A stretch of DNA of 64,000 nucleotides from Tubulanus polymorphus (lineage: Eukaryota; Animalia; Nemertea). Below, piece after piece: positions 11,531 to 54,751 of the stretch; the stretch's first letter is position 1, and each line of letters opens with the position of its first letter. Location: NCBI RefSeq assembly GCF_964204645.1, contig NC_134028.1, forward strand, positions 2,666,001 to 2,730,000, given 5' to 3'. The position numbers and the translations under genes were made by a program. The notes beneath the pieces were generated by a model. The model had not been told where the DNA came from, ran no database searches, and was given only the letters and a program-made list of their open reading frames with translations.

Positions 11531-14500
11531 AACTACATTTCCATTGGATATTGAACGTCTAAAATCCGGCATTTCACCCGACGAGTTTACACATGTAAAT
11601 CACGCAACCAGATTTACAAACGCAATAAAAACTGCATTTTATCACGTCCAGGCATATGTGCATTTCCAAACGCTTATGTCACCAATCTATTTTACTTTCC
11701 AGTGACAAAATAATATATCAAACCCTTTTGACAGTATGAATAATCGAAAATAACGTTTCGGAAGAAGTCCCACAATTTTAGAAAATGTTAAGAATTCAAC
11801 AAACCACCAAATTTCGGATTCAACGCACCCGAAACAATATTATGGTGGTCGTTGAATCCTCGCAAATATTTTTCTAATAAATAATTGTGACATAATTCCT
11901 ATCGACTCATATGAATAATACCTTTGAAGAGAGATACCTATCGATAAATATTCACACACAAGTCGTGAACGTGTAAAACACCACTAGCACTTGATATATA
12001 CGTGCGTACACTTCAATAATTTCGGTACGACGAATTATTTCTACAGGTTTTGAGCGTGAGACAAACCGACAAATGAATAATGAATGTATACAGTTTGCGC
12101 ACGGGTGAACCGAACAATTCGTCGTCTAACGAATATTTTTTTGCACAGCTGTGACTTCATACATGGCCGAAGATTTCAATCTGCGTGACACGAAAAACGC
12201 ACGAGCGTCCGTATTTAGCAGTTTGAAAATTATGCTAAGAGTTTTTAAAAATCTGGTACGTTTTTAGAATTTAAGAATCGTAAGTTCAGCTTGTATCTAA
12301 GCGGATTATTTGTTCGGTAAATGATTTCGCATTGCAGAATTTTATTACAGCAAAAATTAGATTTATTCATGGTTGGAAAATTGCGCAAATATTTATCAAC
12401 GTTCACCAGTGTTTTGATGCCTGTTTCAAGGATCCCTCGTAACTAATGCGATGATTAAACGCGTCCTTTTTTGTCCGGAAAATCGTGTAAAAATTGTCAG
12501 CGGTAAAACATAGAAATTGTTATATACTTCTCTCTCGGTCGTAAAGCATGCTCTATGAACAACCAGAATTATTCATATCGACCACTTTTGAAAGATTGAG
12601 TACAGAAAATAATTTCGATATAGCGTTGCCTGGTTTTACTTAAAACAATAAGTAGATACAATTCCTATATAGTAAATTCTGGATATACAAATAATTTATT
12701 GTACGGATAAAACGGAATGACGGAGAAGGTATGAACAATCTATAAGTGGAAAATCTATAATTCAGAAATAAATCTATCGTCGATGTAGCTCTCAATTTGT
12801 TTGATAAAATCATGGAATTCGTGCGCTAATAATTGTGGAAATGACGTTCAATTTGTACAAACGAAAATCCTTTTAAAGACGAATTCTTTTTGCACAAGAA
12901 ATGGAAAAATACTGAAGGTAAAAATAAGCGCGTTGTAAATTCCCCAGCTATTTTGACCATTCAGTGCGAGTTCAGTAAATTCAACCACCCCAGAATGTCG
13001 ACCTTTTAAACGTATCTAATCAGAAGAAAAATGTGTAGTGTCGTCATGGAAGCCTAAATGTTCATTTTGTTCTTAGCTTGAATTTTCTTGAATTTCTGCC
13101 CGATATCCTACCGAATTTCCAAGGTTATAGAAAAACCATTATACTACAAAAATAGGTTTTTTTAGGGAGAAAAGAACATGAGGACACTGCATATGAATCT
13201 TTCTTGTTTTGGCACAAATTGTATCCTGAGTTTGTGTAATTATTGCAACCATTTCACTAGGACGTTAGAAGTTATTTGAGGATAAAAAATGAATTTTACC
13301 AAGTTACCTAAAAGCAGTCTAGATGAGCGAAACACTTGATGTGAAGAACAGAATATATGTATAGTGAAACTGAAACTCAAAATTGTGTCAACGAAAATGG
13401 CGAACGAAGACTTTGAAAATATGACTCGTCCTAGGGAAAACTTATTAGATTATTTTGTATGGATTTTGTTTGATAAATGATCTATCAATTGGCAGCTGTG
13501 TTTTCTATCGGATTTGACTGAGTGTATTAGGATCAGTCATTGTAAGAACGCTATTACTAACACCGAAATTTAAAATGATTAACGGGTGTATTAACCAATT
13601 AGACCCCGTAAACCTCGAACGGAATTAACGTGCGTTATACTTACGACGCTTTTATTGCACAGTCAAATGGTAATTATTCACGGATTTAAATTTGATGTAC
13701 AATACATAGTTGCCCAGGCGAGGTGTGACCAATACATACATATATACGTCGGTCCCTTTTATCGCCTTTTATAATAGATTAGGGATTTAATAACTGCCTG
13801 GATGCACGGTTTCATCCGTACTTATCTTACTTATGTACCGAGGTACCTACATTTTTCGTCGGGCCGATGGCTGGTGGATCTTGTCACTTTGCGCTTCGGA
13901 TATATACCCTATTATATTATGTGACTGCACATTTGGAGTAATTTACATCCGATACCTTCCCATCAGCACAACGAGACCGGAATAATTATCCTTGCATGGG
14001 ACGACCGCTGAGTCATGTTCGATTCTTTGTCCAATGAAAAATGAAGTCGAAACAATGACTCATCGCCCGTACACATGAGTTATAAGCTTTACACACCGGT
14101 TTACAGTTTTACGTGTAATATTTCATCAGATTTTCTCATCTAGATAATTTTTAATCGCACCAATCTAATTGGCACCGATCTGCGATGGGACTCGTCGTGG
14201 AGGAAACGAGGATTTTATTCACTGTCAAAAAATAGCTAGTGTTCAAAATGCAATTACATGTTAATATACAGCGTTACTTGTTATGCAGATTAATTAAATT
14301 CTACATTTCTATCATATCCCAAAAATTCGTGAATTCTTCCTCCTTAAAATGTTCTCCGAGCATAGATATTGATGATGAAAATACGGAGTGGTCCAGAAGA
14401 ATTTCTATCAACATTCGAAAAATAGTAAATCCTTTTCGCTGCCAAAAACACAGCAATTTTCAGAAATATCAGTCGTTCCTGGAAGGTTTAGATTATTGTG

Positions 14501-17500
14501 CCGTTGAATTACAGATCTCATCAAATATTCTTTAATATCCCTATCCTGCTTTCGTTAAAGCATATTTGTAAGAATTTAAGAAATAAACTTTCAAGACATA
14601 TCAATAAATCGGAAATACAGTACAACGAAATTATACATAGTCGAAAGACGGGATAAAACTACAAGAATGTCTTTGAATACAAGTATATATTTATTTCAAG
14701 GGGTTCTTGCCCTTATATAAAACACAGATTTTAAATAGACGAATATCCTAATAACATACAGTTTGATATTTACGGCAATGAGTAGCCTACAAATTATTGC
14801 AGATATCATAAGAGCCTATAAAAAATATTTTGAATGATGAAAACGCTTAGAAAAATATACAAAATTCTGCACGGGGTGCGTATTTCTCAGCCTGTCGGGA
14901 GCTTTACAACCCAAAAGTTAACGAATAGTTTTTGACATTGACGCGACCTTTCCGGCCACGGCGCATTTCACTCGATATCGCATCAAATGATTCGAAATAA
15001 TTAGATTTGTGGTGAATTTCTTGTCGATATTTCACCGAAGATCATACATTCAATATGTCCCCGAAAGTGACAATCTTGTCGCAATCACAAAATTAGGAAA
15101 TTAAGGTATTCTATGGCTTAATAGATTTAGACTAGTTATAAAGTACAGTAGTTCGTTATCTCATATATCGAAATGGGACCTGATTTGAAAGTCTTTCCGA
15201 GATACTTGTCGCTGTATCGGTCATTCTAAATTTGCAAGATAAAATTCCGCAAAGCGTGTGCCACAAGAATCACATTGAGATATCGTAGAATCCATTATAA
15301 AGTATAAAACTTAAAAGCGGGGAACTTAAAAACTGCGGTTCAATTCACAGATTCTCCATTTTTAAATTTCTAAATGTAGCCAACCATTGCTTTTCCATAA
15401 ATAATTCCTGACCGGCATTAAAACTAGTTAAAACACGCAAAACATTTAAAAAAATCACCTTCTAAAGCAGTAAACCTCGACACGGATCATTGAACAGTCC
15501 GGTCTTTCCTTGCGTGGCGTTTCATATTTTGGGCTTAATTCTAAAACTAGTGCAAGGTTTCTATACCGGCGTGGTAATGAATTATTTAAAACTAATTCAG
15601 TGTTTTACGAAATAAATTCACACCGTTCAGGAAAGTCTTAATTTCCCATCGGGTCGTTGAATATTCATTTCGAAGCGTTGTTTGTTTCGAATTAATTCAC
15701 ACATCGCATCGTTTTTTATCTATCTTCTAGCAAACTGACCTAAAAATAAATTTCTTCTTCTTTTCTGGCATAACGCTGGGAAATATGATTTGCCGACACT
15801 GGTATTTTGACAAACTTGTCAAACTGAATGGAAATCCGATGATGTTTACTGATAACTGGTTAAAAACCTCTATCTAACTAACAGCACATTAACTCTCGTA
15901 TGTCTGACATTCGTACATTTTAGAAACACACTATCAAATTTGAAACACGATAATGTATTTATATGAAATTGATCTGACACTTTTCATGAGGTTATTATAG
16001 TTTTTAAATCTTTCTACGTGGTTTCGTCAGTATTCTGTGAATATCACATCAATCCCACATGAATATATATACGTACACGTCTTTTGGAAAGAAAATATTT
16101 TGATTTTCGATGAAAATAATTATGACATTTACAAGCAAAACACACCACACATCGTAACCGGCAAATTAGCTCATTTCAATTTTGCACGAGTTTCTTCATA
16201 TCTGCACGTACTTGATTGTTCCACTAAAAATATAAAATCACCGACAACGTGTACCCGTACCCCGTATGTACATACATACCTCTCTAGCGTGATCTGTTTG
16301 CAGTACCGTAAAAGATCAAGGACTCTGCCAACGCGGTTTGTATATGCGCCGGTACTTTCAGTACAGCAACATACGTAACGTGTACGGATATGGTGTTGTG
16401 TGTGTGTGTCTGCTATACTGCAGTAGATCTAGAACGATCGATACAGCACTGACTGGTGGGAGTACTACATCGTCGAATGCTGTGGTGTCTGCAAGCGCTG
16501 TGCACCAAGATCATTAATTTGCTCCAATTCAAAGTGAACACGAAAAGACGCGACGGCTTCGTATGATGTTCTCTACCAGTCCAATATTTTAATGATAAAA
16601 GATAACGCCATTTTTCTTTCTTTCTAAAGCGGAGGCCGTGGTTAAGTGGTTCGTTGTTTCAATAATGGCAAAATCCCATATCCGTCCAAAAAAATTGCGA
16701 TTCATTTATTTAATCGCAGATTACCTTGAAATTCAGAAAAACGCCTCGCTAGTTATATACATTAATAGCCTGATAAAAGTCAAATAAAAGCTCAACCTTT
16801 ATGAATAACTTCTTGATTTTCATGGATGATATAAACGAGTGAACAAGCATTTTACAAAAAGGGAATTGATAAATAAGCTCTTGTTCAAAATTACTCTCCA
16901 TCTAGATTTCTACATTACGGAATATTCGATTTATTTTATCCTGGGGAAATTTTATATTCGGCAACAAAACGAGAATGTAGATCATATGATACACTAATTC
17001 AGAGATAAAGCAAAAATACGTGAATAATTTTGTTTTTAATAATACGCATTAACAAGGAAGCGATTAGTGGATGGAATTGAATGGAATCACTAGAATATTG
17101 ACAACTAATTCGTTTATAAGTACATCGAAACACTGGAATAATAGAAATCATCCCTCGTGGATTTTCCGTACAAGCAAAAATAGTCTTTATGAAATTTTGG
17201 TACGAGTCTCATAAAACTTTATTCTGTCTTCTGTATGCGAATAAATTTCGCTCGTGAATTTCGGGGTAGTACGTGTATCGTGTCAGTTTAGAATATATAA
17301 TGTTCGGGTCGAACGAAAAATGAAAGTAGAAGCGATTTTTCCGGCGTCTGGTCGTTAGAAAAATCCGTTCGCGCTATCGAACAGAAATACCACTTAAACA
17401 GAGAATGAATGGCATTTTGATAAAAAGATGAAAATACCCATGTAACTGACGAATGTTCGGGAGGTTTATGGCATATATTGTGAAACGTGAAAATTGTCTG

Positions 17501-20141
17501 CACCGGCGTTAGTTTTCTCGCATTTTTAATAAGTCACCTGTCATTTTAGGTAATTTGACGAACTCCTAGTGATATAGTTTCTGCAATCATGCGATCACGT
17601 TTCGAGGACTATTTCGATCACAACTCATATGAAATGCTAAATTTCTCCCGTTGGTGTTCGTTGCGCTTCAAACTCGCGGAATTATTTTGTCTTTAACCTG
17701 ACGATAAATATCTTCGTAAAGTCGCAAAATATCGTTCGTTTTACGCGTGCCTTCAACACTCTTTGATAACAAATGTATCTCGATCGCGGAAAGAATAAGA
17801 CGAAGCCGTTCATTAGCAGACGAAATCTAAATTGTCACCACTGAAAATGTTTTCTCCCACGTACGACGCATAGCACACGTTTTACCTGAAATTGTATCCA
17901 TTATTTCTGATATACATATATGCGTTAATAGACTATTTCTACCACTTCGAATCTTTTATTTGCGCGCAATATGTCGAAGGTGTCGCAGCTGATGGCGATC
18001 TAACAACAACGAGAGACGTCAAAGTAAAAATATGATTTATGTCATAGGTATACGGTCGATTCTATTATCTTGTTTCCTAAACCGTGTTGCGGACAAGGAA
18101 ATTAATTTCGCCTCTTATTCACGAAGATTATCGAATCGTGCGTGGTAAAAAGAAAAATTATCAAACATTGAATATACTTATATGAATTTCATGTAATACA
18201 GGCTCGGAACAATCAAGTATAAACAGATAGGGATTTCGCTTATTCCCTTTCACCGCTTCTCATCGTGAAATTCGAGTCAGAATCTGAGTGGTTTAAACGA
18301 ATAATATTCATACACATTTTCAGATTGTCGTCCGATTAACGTCACGTTATTTTCAGTCCGTCTTATCGTGGAATCTAAAACGATCGTTTTAGAGTCCATG
18401 GTTTTATAATAGACTCAAGTAAAGATGAGTCAATCGAAAATTCATTTCTTTTTATAATCGAGTACATCAGTTAAAAAACTCGATTTAAAAATCTAGCCAA
18501 CAAAATCGTCCACGATCCCGCGAGATTCTGAGGTTAAATTCTATATGCTCGGCTGACCAATTTTTTGTAGGGATTTAAGGATTATAGGCCTATAACATTT
18601 AGTTGTCGTCAATATTTTTTCGCCAGTCAAACATTGCTTGTAGATAGTTATTTTTTTGTGAAAAACACACTACAGGTATAGGCCTCATATCGCATATCCG
18701 GCCCATGTGACGGGAGCAACTCAGTCAAGATACCCATAACATTACATACGAGTGCATTTCTCTTGGGTAGAAATGTTGACCTACTTTCCAAAACGCACGA
18801 ACATTGGTTTGTTATATATCAAGTTTTTGTAAAACGAGGAACACGATTTAGGTCAGAACCTATTACCCCGATCACTCGGTCTTCTAGACTAGATTGATGA
18901 CGATAAAGATGTTATTTCATGTAGGCTATATGTCGTCGCGGTATTCCAGATAACACAATTCTGAATGATTACCCCCGATTTGATCATAGACTCTAAACGT
19001 TTTAGAGTCGATGATCGTATCAAACGAAATGTTCCCGAGCCCGAGATTGTGTGTTAGGATTCAAACTGATGATCCACGCATTAGATCAGCGATTCCTGAT
19101 GATACATTCCACACGCGTGGATGTGCTCTTACTTTTTCTAGACAGGTTGGTCGGGTTCTGTGAAAGCCGTATGAAAACCTTGGGCGAGCATGTTCAAATT
19201 ACTGAAATCAATTCCACAATGGTTGCACCCAGCACGTCTAGTTTTGGTCGGAAACATATCATATGTTGCTTGGTGTATGGTGAATGGGATATTTGCTTAT
19301 ATTCGCACCTGGATTTTAAATTCGATTCATTCGCCTAAGTACACACACTCACACTAAATACAAGCACGAATTGAGTTATCAATAATGAAAAATGCTCAGA
19401 CACGTCGTCACGCAGTGTTACTCGATCGTTGTTGGTGCAGCTTAAGTCGTTGCCGAGTTGTGATATCCGTAGATTTTTTTCATAGATCCACATTTAAGTT
19501 CTTTATAAAATAAGAATATATCGTATTACATCGTATTACATGTGCTTAGAATTGTTTTGGTAGAAAAATAGATGTTGCGAGATTTTTATCAAGACTGTCA
19601 TCAAATTTCTGTTGTTACTACTTAAACCTTCCCCGACTCCCCGTTGCAGCAGTATCGATATTTTCTTTGACGATACATTATATGAAGAAAAACTCTCGTT
19701 CGTTTCATTTTTATGCCTTATTCTGCTCATATAATGATGTCCTTCGTGTGCGTCCAGAAAATATTACAACAATGCTGAAACGTTTTCTTCGTGGCCCGCG
19801 ACTACAGAAAAATGTATATACGTTTTTCCGTTGATTGAAATATCGGATATTTCTTCGTGGGATGTATAGAAGTTGAAAATACATCAAATGAGTCATCATC
19901 CTACTGCAGGCAAAATAAGAATTTGATTAACTAACTTGCTATAAATGCCACAACTTGCTCGACTTATCATCAATCAGTTCGAGCCAGCCACACTTCACGC
20001 CCAAACACGACAGACAATACATAATAAGGTTGAAACTATATACAATTTAAAGAGATTAAAATCGAAATCGAAATTTATCTATCAAGAATTAGAATCAGAC
20101 TACACGACGTTTCGAACTGTAGAGACATAACGAGGCATCAC

Positions 20142-20142
<1 letters not shown>

Positions 20143-20183
<41 letters not shown>
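20143..20183. repeat. (AG)n microsatellite
   Basis: About 20 perfect AG units. Confidence 0.95.
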
Positions 20184-20186
<3 letters not shown>

Positions 20187-21045
20187 CCGAAACGTCGCGA
20201 ATTGTCGAAACGTCGCAATCTTTTAGATTGTATAGTTGTTTTTAACCTTATCCATCTATCTGTACGTCCGAGTGTGGCTATTCTTCTACACACTACGAGT
20301 CTCATATTTCCCGAAAAAAAAATGCTAAGCACGGGAGATTTATACAAAGAGAAGCTCGCTCATCTATGATCTAAAGTAGGAAAGAATAATGTGAAATTTG
20401 GTGAAATTCATTCATTCTTTTACGCGAGATATCATTTAGCAATAATGACAAAAGACTTATTCTGAGGCTTTCGTATTTTTCATTAATTTTTCTATTAGGT
20501 ACCATACCCCTTGAGGCTACATATGTAAGCTTCGTTACCAGAGGCGTATTTATGGTACGCACGAAAATCCCGTGTATAAATCTAAAACTGTCTTCTCCGT
20601 GTGCCGTAGCAGATTATGCACTTTCTTGACGTCAAATCGATAGTGACGGCGTCAACGAAGATATTTGAGAATAATCTTCATCAGAATTCATACGTATAAC
20701 TAATATACGTATGAAGCTGTTTCATGATGTAGTTGCCGATAATCACAGGGCCAAGTATAGACTTGCCGCAAGTCCAAAAACGGTCATAAGAGCTTATTAA
20801 GCCCAAACGCACACGACACGGAAACAGAAATTTGTGTTTTTGAACGTTTCCATGTGTCGTGTGCGAGAAACAAGAAACATGGTTTCGGGAACAACGTTTC
20901 CGCGATCAAACTTGTTTGTTTACGTGTTTTTGTGTTTCCGTGTTTCCGTGGAAAGAAACCGAGTGGACAGGAACTGACCCCGGGGTTAGGTGGTGTTCAT
21001 GTTGTTCATACGTAAATATTCCGAATTCTGTGCAAGAAACCCTCA

Positions 21046-21096
21046 CTGTTCCCTGTTCCCCGTTCCCTGTTCCCTGTTCCCTGTTCCCTGTTTCCC
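21046..21096. repeat. (CTGTTCC)n heptamer repeat
   Basis: About 7 copies of ctgttcc. Confidence 0.85.
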
Positions 21097-21941
21097 TATT
21101 GATTTCGTCTGCCGCGATCATCAGTTGTCGTCTGATCCCGCGTCGAGCAGTCGCTGTTATTCGGGTTGGTGATCGAATCTATTTTTACGACGCCCGGCAC
21201 AGCGCGTCATCCATCGTGTGCTGTAAATCGTATACGGTTTTATTGTGAGCAGAGATCGATCTGCAGAACGTCGATCGCGTATATGAACTGGATGCTGCCT
21301 CGGTCGCCGATAATGAATCGAAATCACTGAATAGCTCTACCAGTTAGTACTGCCGGCGCTGCAGCATCTTTTTCTTGAGAAACAGATCTTTTGTTCGCGT
21401 CATCGGCAGCATTTTTCTTTAAGACGCACAGTTATGTGTATAAGGCAGTCGCCTGGTGGATATAAGGGATGCAGGTGATACGGATGATATAGAGTAACTA
21501 GCGAGCGACACAGTTCATTAATTCAAGCGACGGTGCAGCCGATATCCGCGTACTCTCTAGCACCACCACTGAAACTAACCATTCCTGTTTTATCGGAAAA
21601 TGCATCGTCCCGTTCTCCGCAGGACTTGCATAATAACATAAATCTGGATAGCACGAGATAAACACTCGTCAACATTTTCACTCTTGCGAATTGGAAATTA
21701 GATTTCACGTTGTTTGATTCTTCGTGGATACGTCATCGAGTCCAAAAGAATGTATGTGCTAAAACTGGTATTTACGTAGTTCCAACACGCAACTCGGGGT
21801 AGAAACATACAATAATCCGCCGAATAATAACGACTTTATACCGATAAAAACATCCGATTGGATAGTGTCGAGTGGTTGCTTCATAGGGGTTTGTTTATCG
21901 TGTTTGTTTCCCTCTGTGTATGTGCGATTGAATCTTTAAGA

Positions 21942-49964
<28,023 letters not shown>

Positions 49965-50269
49965 TACGTACATTCGAAATGTACCGATTACAAAAAAAAA
50001 ACATTCCTTCAGTCGGCGACCGATGATGTTAAAACACCCGTTTCTGCCTTGTGTTATATATTTGTAATTTTGCGAGACATCACGAGAATGAATCGCGAAA
50101 TACTTCGAACGACATTTCCTCGTGAAGACATTCTACTATAACTCTGCATGTGATTCTATAACTACGTCTATATGATTGTGGTAAGGGTATGTATGGAAAT
50201 CCTGGCGACTTTGTCGTCTATCCGCTATGTCTAAATATCTTATGATACGGAGCTGATTTTGTCATGCCT

Positions 50270-50544
50270 CAGGGGCGGATTTAGGGGTGGTTTCGGGGTC
50301 CAGACCCCTGCCTACACATTAGGTTGCCCTTTTCGTTGAGACAAAGATCTTTGAAAATTAGAAATTAAATCGAATTTCTAAAATCCGCAAATTTTGAAAC
50401 TCAACCTTTCGGAAATTGCATATTTTCCGATGTATGTACATATTTCTTCCAACATATCTAATACTGAGGGAGAACATGACTGGTTTATCTGAAAAATGCC
50501 TTTTCTTCTGGACCCTGCTTCCAAATTTCCTAGATCCGCCCCTG
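50270..50544. mobile_element. 275-bp MITE with 16-bp TIRs and an apparent 5-bp target-site duplication
   Basis: Left CAGGGGCGGATTTAGG, right CCTAGATCCGCCCCTG (one mismatch); TGCCT flanks both ends (50265-50269 and 50545-50549). Confidence 0.8.
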
Positions 50545-53500
50545 TGCCTAAAATTCTATTATCGATGAACATTTTCTGTAAATGATACCGTCATACATAC
50601 ATACATGAGTTAATGGTAGGTGCATGTATCCTCTGTTATCATGCGTTTAGATTATCAACAGAAAAAAAAACGTCAGCCGCCAATAATTGTGATGATTAAT
50701 CTGTCCCACCTCATTATTATAGCCGTATTATGTAAAATCAATATTTCATCAAAGAATGCTGAATTTTGTTGTTTATGTCGCTGCAGTATTCATGCAATAG
50801 TAGCATATACATGCAATGTGTGAATTTTTGGTTTGTATTCCAATCCATTAATCCCCCCTAGAAAAAAAATAAACGGTGACATGAGTGCTTTACGGGTAGT
50901 TATATGATTTATGCATGTGATATGACTGTACTAGCCACAGTGATGTTATTCATCTAGATTTGTGATAAACTTCTGAATACCGCGTAATATTCAGTTCAGC
51001 GAGCAAGCATAAGAAAATCAAATTTCCCATCAGCTACTGTCGGTATTTCATATTCGAGCTGTTTAGAATTTAGATGAAATTCAGTTTGCAGTTCGTAACG
51101 ACTTACAATGTAAGTTGTCTTGTGGGTTTTTTGGAAGGAAGCTAGTTGACTGCGTGATCTGGATGCGAGGAAAGTGAGGAAAAGTTACTGTATCTTAGTT
51201 GCGGTAAGCCAATACCTGATAGACATGCGGCGGCGTATTCCCACTTGACGGATGATTTCACATTTTGTTATTCGGTCGGCTCATTCATGAGCTAAACCTC
51301 ATTCCTCTGAGAATACCAGATCGAACGGTAGTCAGTCCAGCGATGTTTGTGCGGTTGTTCCATTACTACAGCGCATATTGGCCATCTGAAAAAATGTCTT
51401 CGGAATCATCGCAATTTGACTTCCTGATGTCCTGTGAGAAATCTTACCAACCTTACCCGTGATTTGTATCAGTCTGTTTCATCAAATAAATCACTTTCGG
51501 CTTTTTTATGTTACCGGCAGGAATTATGATTTATCATTGTTGCGATTGGAATGTTTATTTTGATCACCGATATGTGCGTTTATCTGTTAAATGAGAATTT
51601 AAAGATACAAATGATGATAAATCGCTTTATGAATAGATCACAGGCTCGTAGGTGTTACTGGTATTCATTCGGGCCAAAAATACTGTGATTTAGGTTTCAA
51701 AAGATAAAGTGAACAAAAGTTTTTGAAAACCGAGTCCTACCATTATTCAACTGCCATCGTTTTTTTTTATAAAGAGATCTGTAAATCACATCGACTATAA
51801 AGGTTTTGCTATAAGAATGGTTTGTTACTAATGCAAGCATCCGTTGTGGGATCACATCACCTGGTAATTAACTCTAGCCTATGACAGGTTGCCTGGTGAC
51901 AGGTTGTCTGCAGTTCTACCAGATTCTGTGGTGGTATTTGATTCAACGCGTGGCGGGGTTAGTGAAAACATTTCCTGATCTGTTTTTCTTGTCATCATCG
52001 GTTAGCTCCGGTTAGCTGCGTGCGATGCTCTCCTAATCAGGTGTTCTTGAATTCTTCAATAATATCTGAACGAAGTAATCATACAAAAACATTAAATAAC
52101 ATCCAAACAAAAACATTCTCAAATTCCAACTTTCTTTCTTTGTAAAATTCTTCGATGACTGCGTATCTGGTTTCATTTCATTAGCCGGTGTCTGTGACTT
52201 CTTATTTGAGTTGGCTCCAAACTATTACTGTAGTATGTATGGATGGCAGAATTTGCCTTTTGAATACCCTACTCCTCCGGTAGGTTTCAAAACAATCTTT
52301 CTGTTTTGAAGTGACGTAATATAATGATTATAAGATAAACAAGACTCAGTTCTGGAATATTCACGGTGAGTTTTGATAGATTAAGATCGTGAAATTCTTG
52401 TGAATATGAAGTTGGATGTTGATGTACTTCTGACGATTATTAGCTGATCGGATTAGAGCTGCAGGATTTGGTCAACACTTGACCGGGGTTGAACTATCGA
52501 CGTTGATCTGAAGGAGGTTATGAACAATCAACGCGAATCTAATCTACACCCGCGTGCGACATTCACCTCTCTTAATGCTGGTCAAATGATTCTTTATTCA
52601 ATCTCGAATCTCATGAATCTGAGAGCAGGTACATTTCATTGAGGTGATTGAGCTCGTGATGAAGCTCGTGTCGAACTAATTTGATGGATGAAAGCGTCTA
52701 CTGGTAGATGAATATCTCTTCCATCTGTGTAAAACAGTGCCAGCAATTTTCAAAGGCGAGTATTTCAGTGATGACTGCTGAAGTTTCGAAAAACCTTCCA
52801 GTCTGTGGTTAGTTTCTGCAAAATATTGAATATTTTGATACCTCCTTCATTACTTCGGGAATTCATATAGTTAATGGAAGTGTTGCTCTAATTAGATGGC
52901 ATATTCTGTTCATTTTTATGATAGTTTTTTTCTGTGGGGGGAAGGATGATATCGAAGCGGATGTTACATTTTCCGACACGTTTTCCTTCTTAATTAATCG
53001 GAAGAAACATGACACTGACGATGATGTTGTTGTCTCTATTTCTTTCCCACTTTTAAAAGCTGTACACAGGAAGTAGAACAGTTCTTTTAATCATTTCTGA
53101 TTCTGTGGGATCAAGATCAGCCATACTGCCTTGATATTTCATTCACTTCTATTTAGAAGGAGTTGTATTTGCGATCACATCAAAAGTTAGTATCTAGGAT
53201 TAATTGAAGTTTTTGATGTTATACACAACATCATCTCATCAATAATGGCATCATTTTTCAATACTGTAGGAGCTCAGTTTGTTGATGGCTGAGAGTTCCG
53301 ATGGGCGTCTTGTAATGTTTAACTTTTTAAATGTCAAGAGCTGTGAAGTGCATCTATGAATAACTTGTTATTTCATAGTTTTGAGACAGGGGTATCGACC
53401 TTTTATCCAGTCTTCATGCTTGTGTTGTGTGTGTGTGTGTGTTTAAAACTAAACCTTTATGAAGAAATTATTGAATGTTGAGTACGTCGATGCAAGCGGT

Positions 53501-54751
53501 TTCTTCTATAGATTTTCTGCGTTGTCAAAAATCTGGTAAAATGAAATGCTGGACACTAAAAGATGTTTATTGTAATTAAGTATGTGTCAAATGCTTGTTG
53601 AGCAAAAATCTGAAAAACGGCGCTTCAAATAGTATAGATATATACATATACCAGTCAAAAAGCAGTCCCTACATGATAAATATCAGAATTTAACGGTTAA
53701 TAACTGTATGAAGTAAAGTAAATTTTGCCAGTTGATTTGTGATGCTATACGTCTTTTTGTCTGAGATTTCCTTCGAAGAAATCTTACGACTATGTGTACA
53801 TGTAATATAGAATAATGTACTGCCCATAAAGAATGTAAGTTTGTCTTATATGTGAATGATTGATCAATCAATGGCAAAAAATCGTTATCGTAATAATTAT
53901 ATTTACATATATGAATACATACATATACATATATATAATATACATATATTTTTATGTAATATTCAAAAGTCCAAGCTTTTCTTATTTTAACAGTTGTGAA
54001 ACATAATGTGAAGTATATTGCTATGCATACCCATCCAAATTCGTATTCAAATACACTGCTTTGTACATGTCAAGTCTTTACAGACGTGGGCTATATGCTA
54101 GCATAAGCTCACTAGACCTCTGTTAGACCTCTTCAACGATTTAATACCAGTCAGAAACACTTAGAAAACATATTTCTGGCTAATGATTTTCCGACTAAAA
54201 ATAAACCGATCAAAAAGCACAGCCAGCTAAAAGCCAAGAAAACCCGGGCAGAAATGTTATTACCGCAGGCTTGTATTTGGTTAGTAGAAATAAAGAGTGG
54301 TACCTCGTTGGTACGAGATGAACGGTACCCGGTATGTCAATACGAACAGTGCCTATTTCTGTTTTAATGATTATTCCAACTAATATCATTCATTCATAGT
54401 TTACTGTGAAAACAGACTTCAGTCAGATATGTCTTTACTTGCCGGGCATTTCTGTTCACGCAATTTATTTCAATCCAATGCCGTTAACGGCATTCGTTTT
54501 TACTTCCTTAACATCCAAACGATAAAACACAGTTGTCGTGGCAACCATTTAACAATAGGTAGGAAATAAACGATTTCACTTTCATTTGACAGATGATAAA
54601 AAGAAACACGAACTTTTGTTGATGTTAGGTGTTGATTAGTAGCCTTTTATAGTCATGCCGAACACTTTCGAGCAAAGCAGTCAAAATTCTAAGCTTTACG
54701 TGAAAGTTATTTCACATCCACCAAGAACTCCATTGATCTTCTAATTTGCTG

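Noticed and set aside
16631-16655. tRNA/SINE-like A- and B-box fragments (also ~28210, ~40355, ~45165, ~58640)
   Set aside because: No complete cloverleaf or correctly spaced A+B box pair; at best decayed SINE bits.
11900-20100. Short ORFs in the CBX-Rab intergenic region
   Set aside because: No recognisable motifs, no consistent exon chains; composition looks non-coding.
20105-20220. gacgtttcg / cgaaacgtc motifs around the AG microsatellite as a further hammerhead
   Set aside because: No CUGANGA core at the right spacing.
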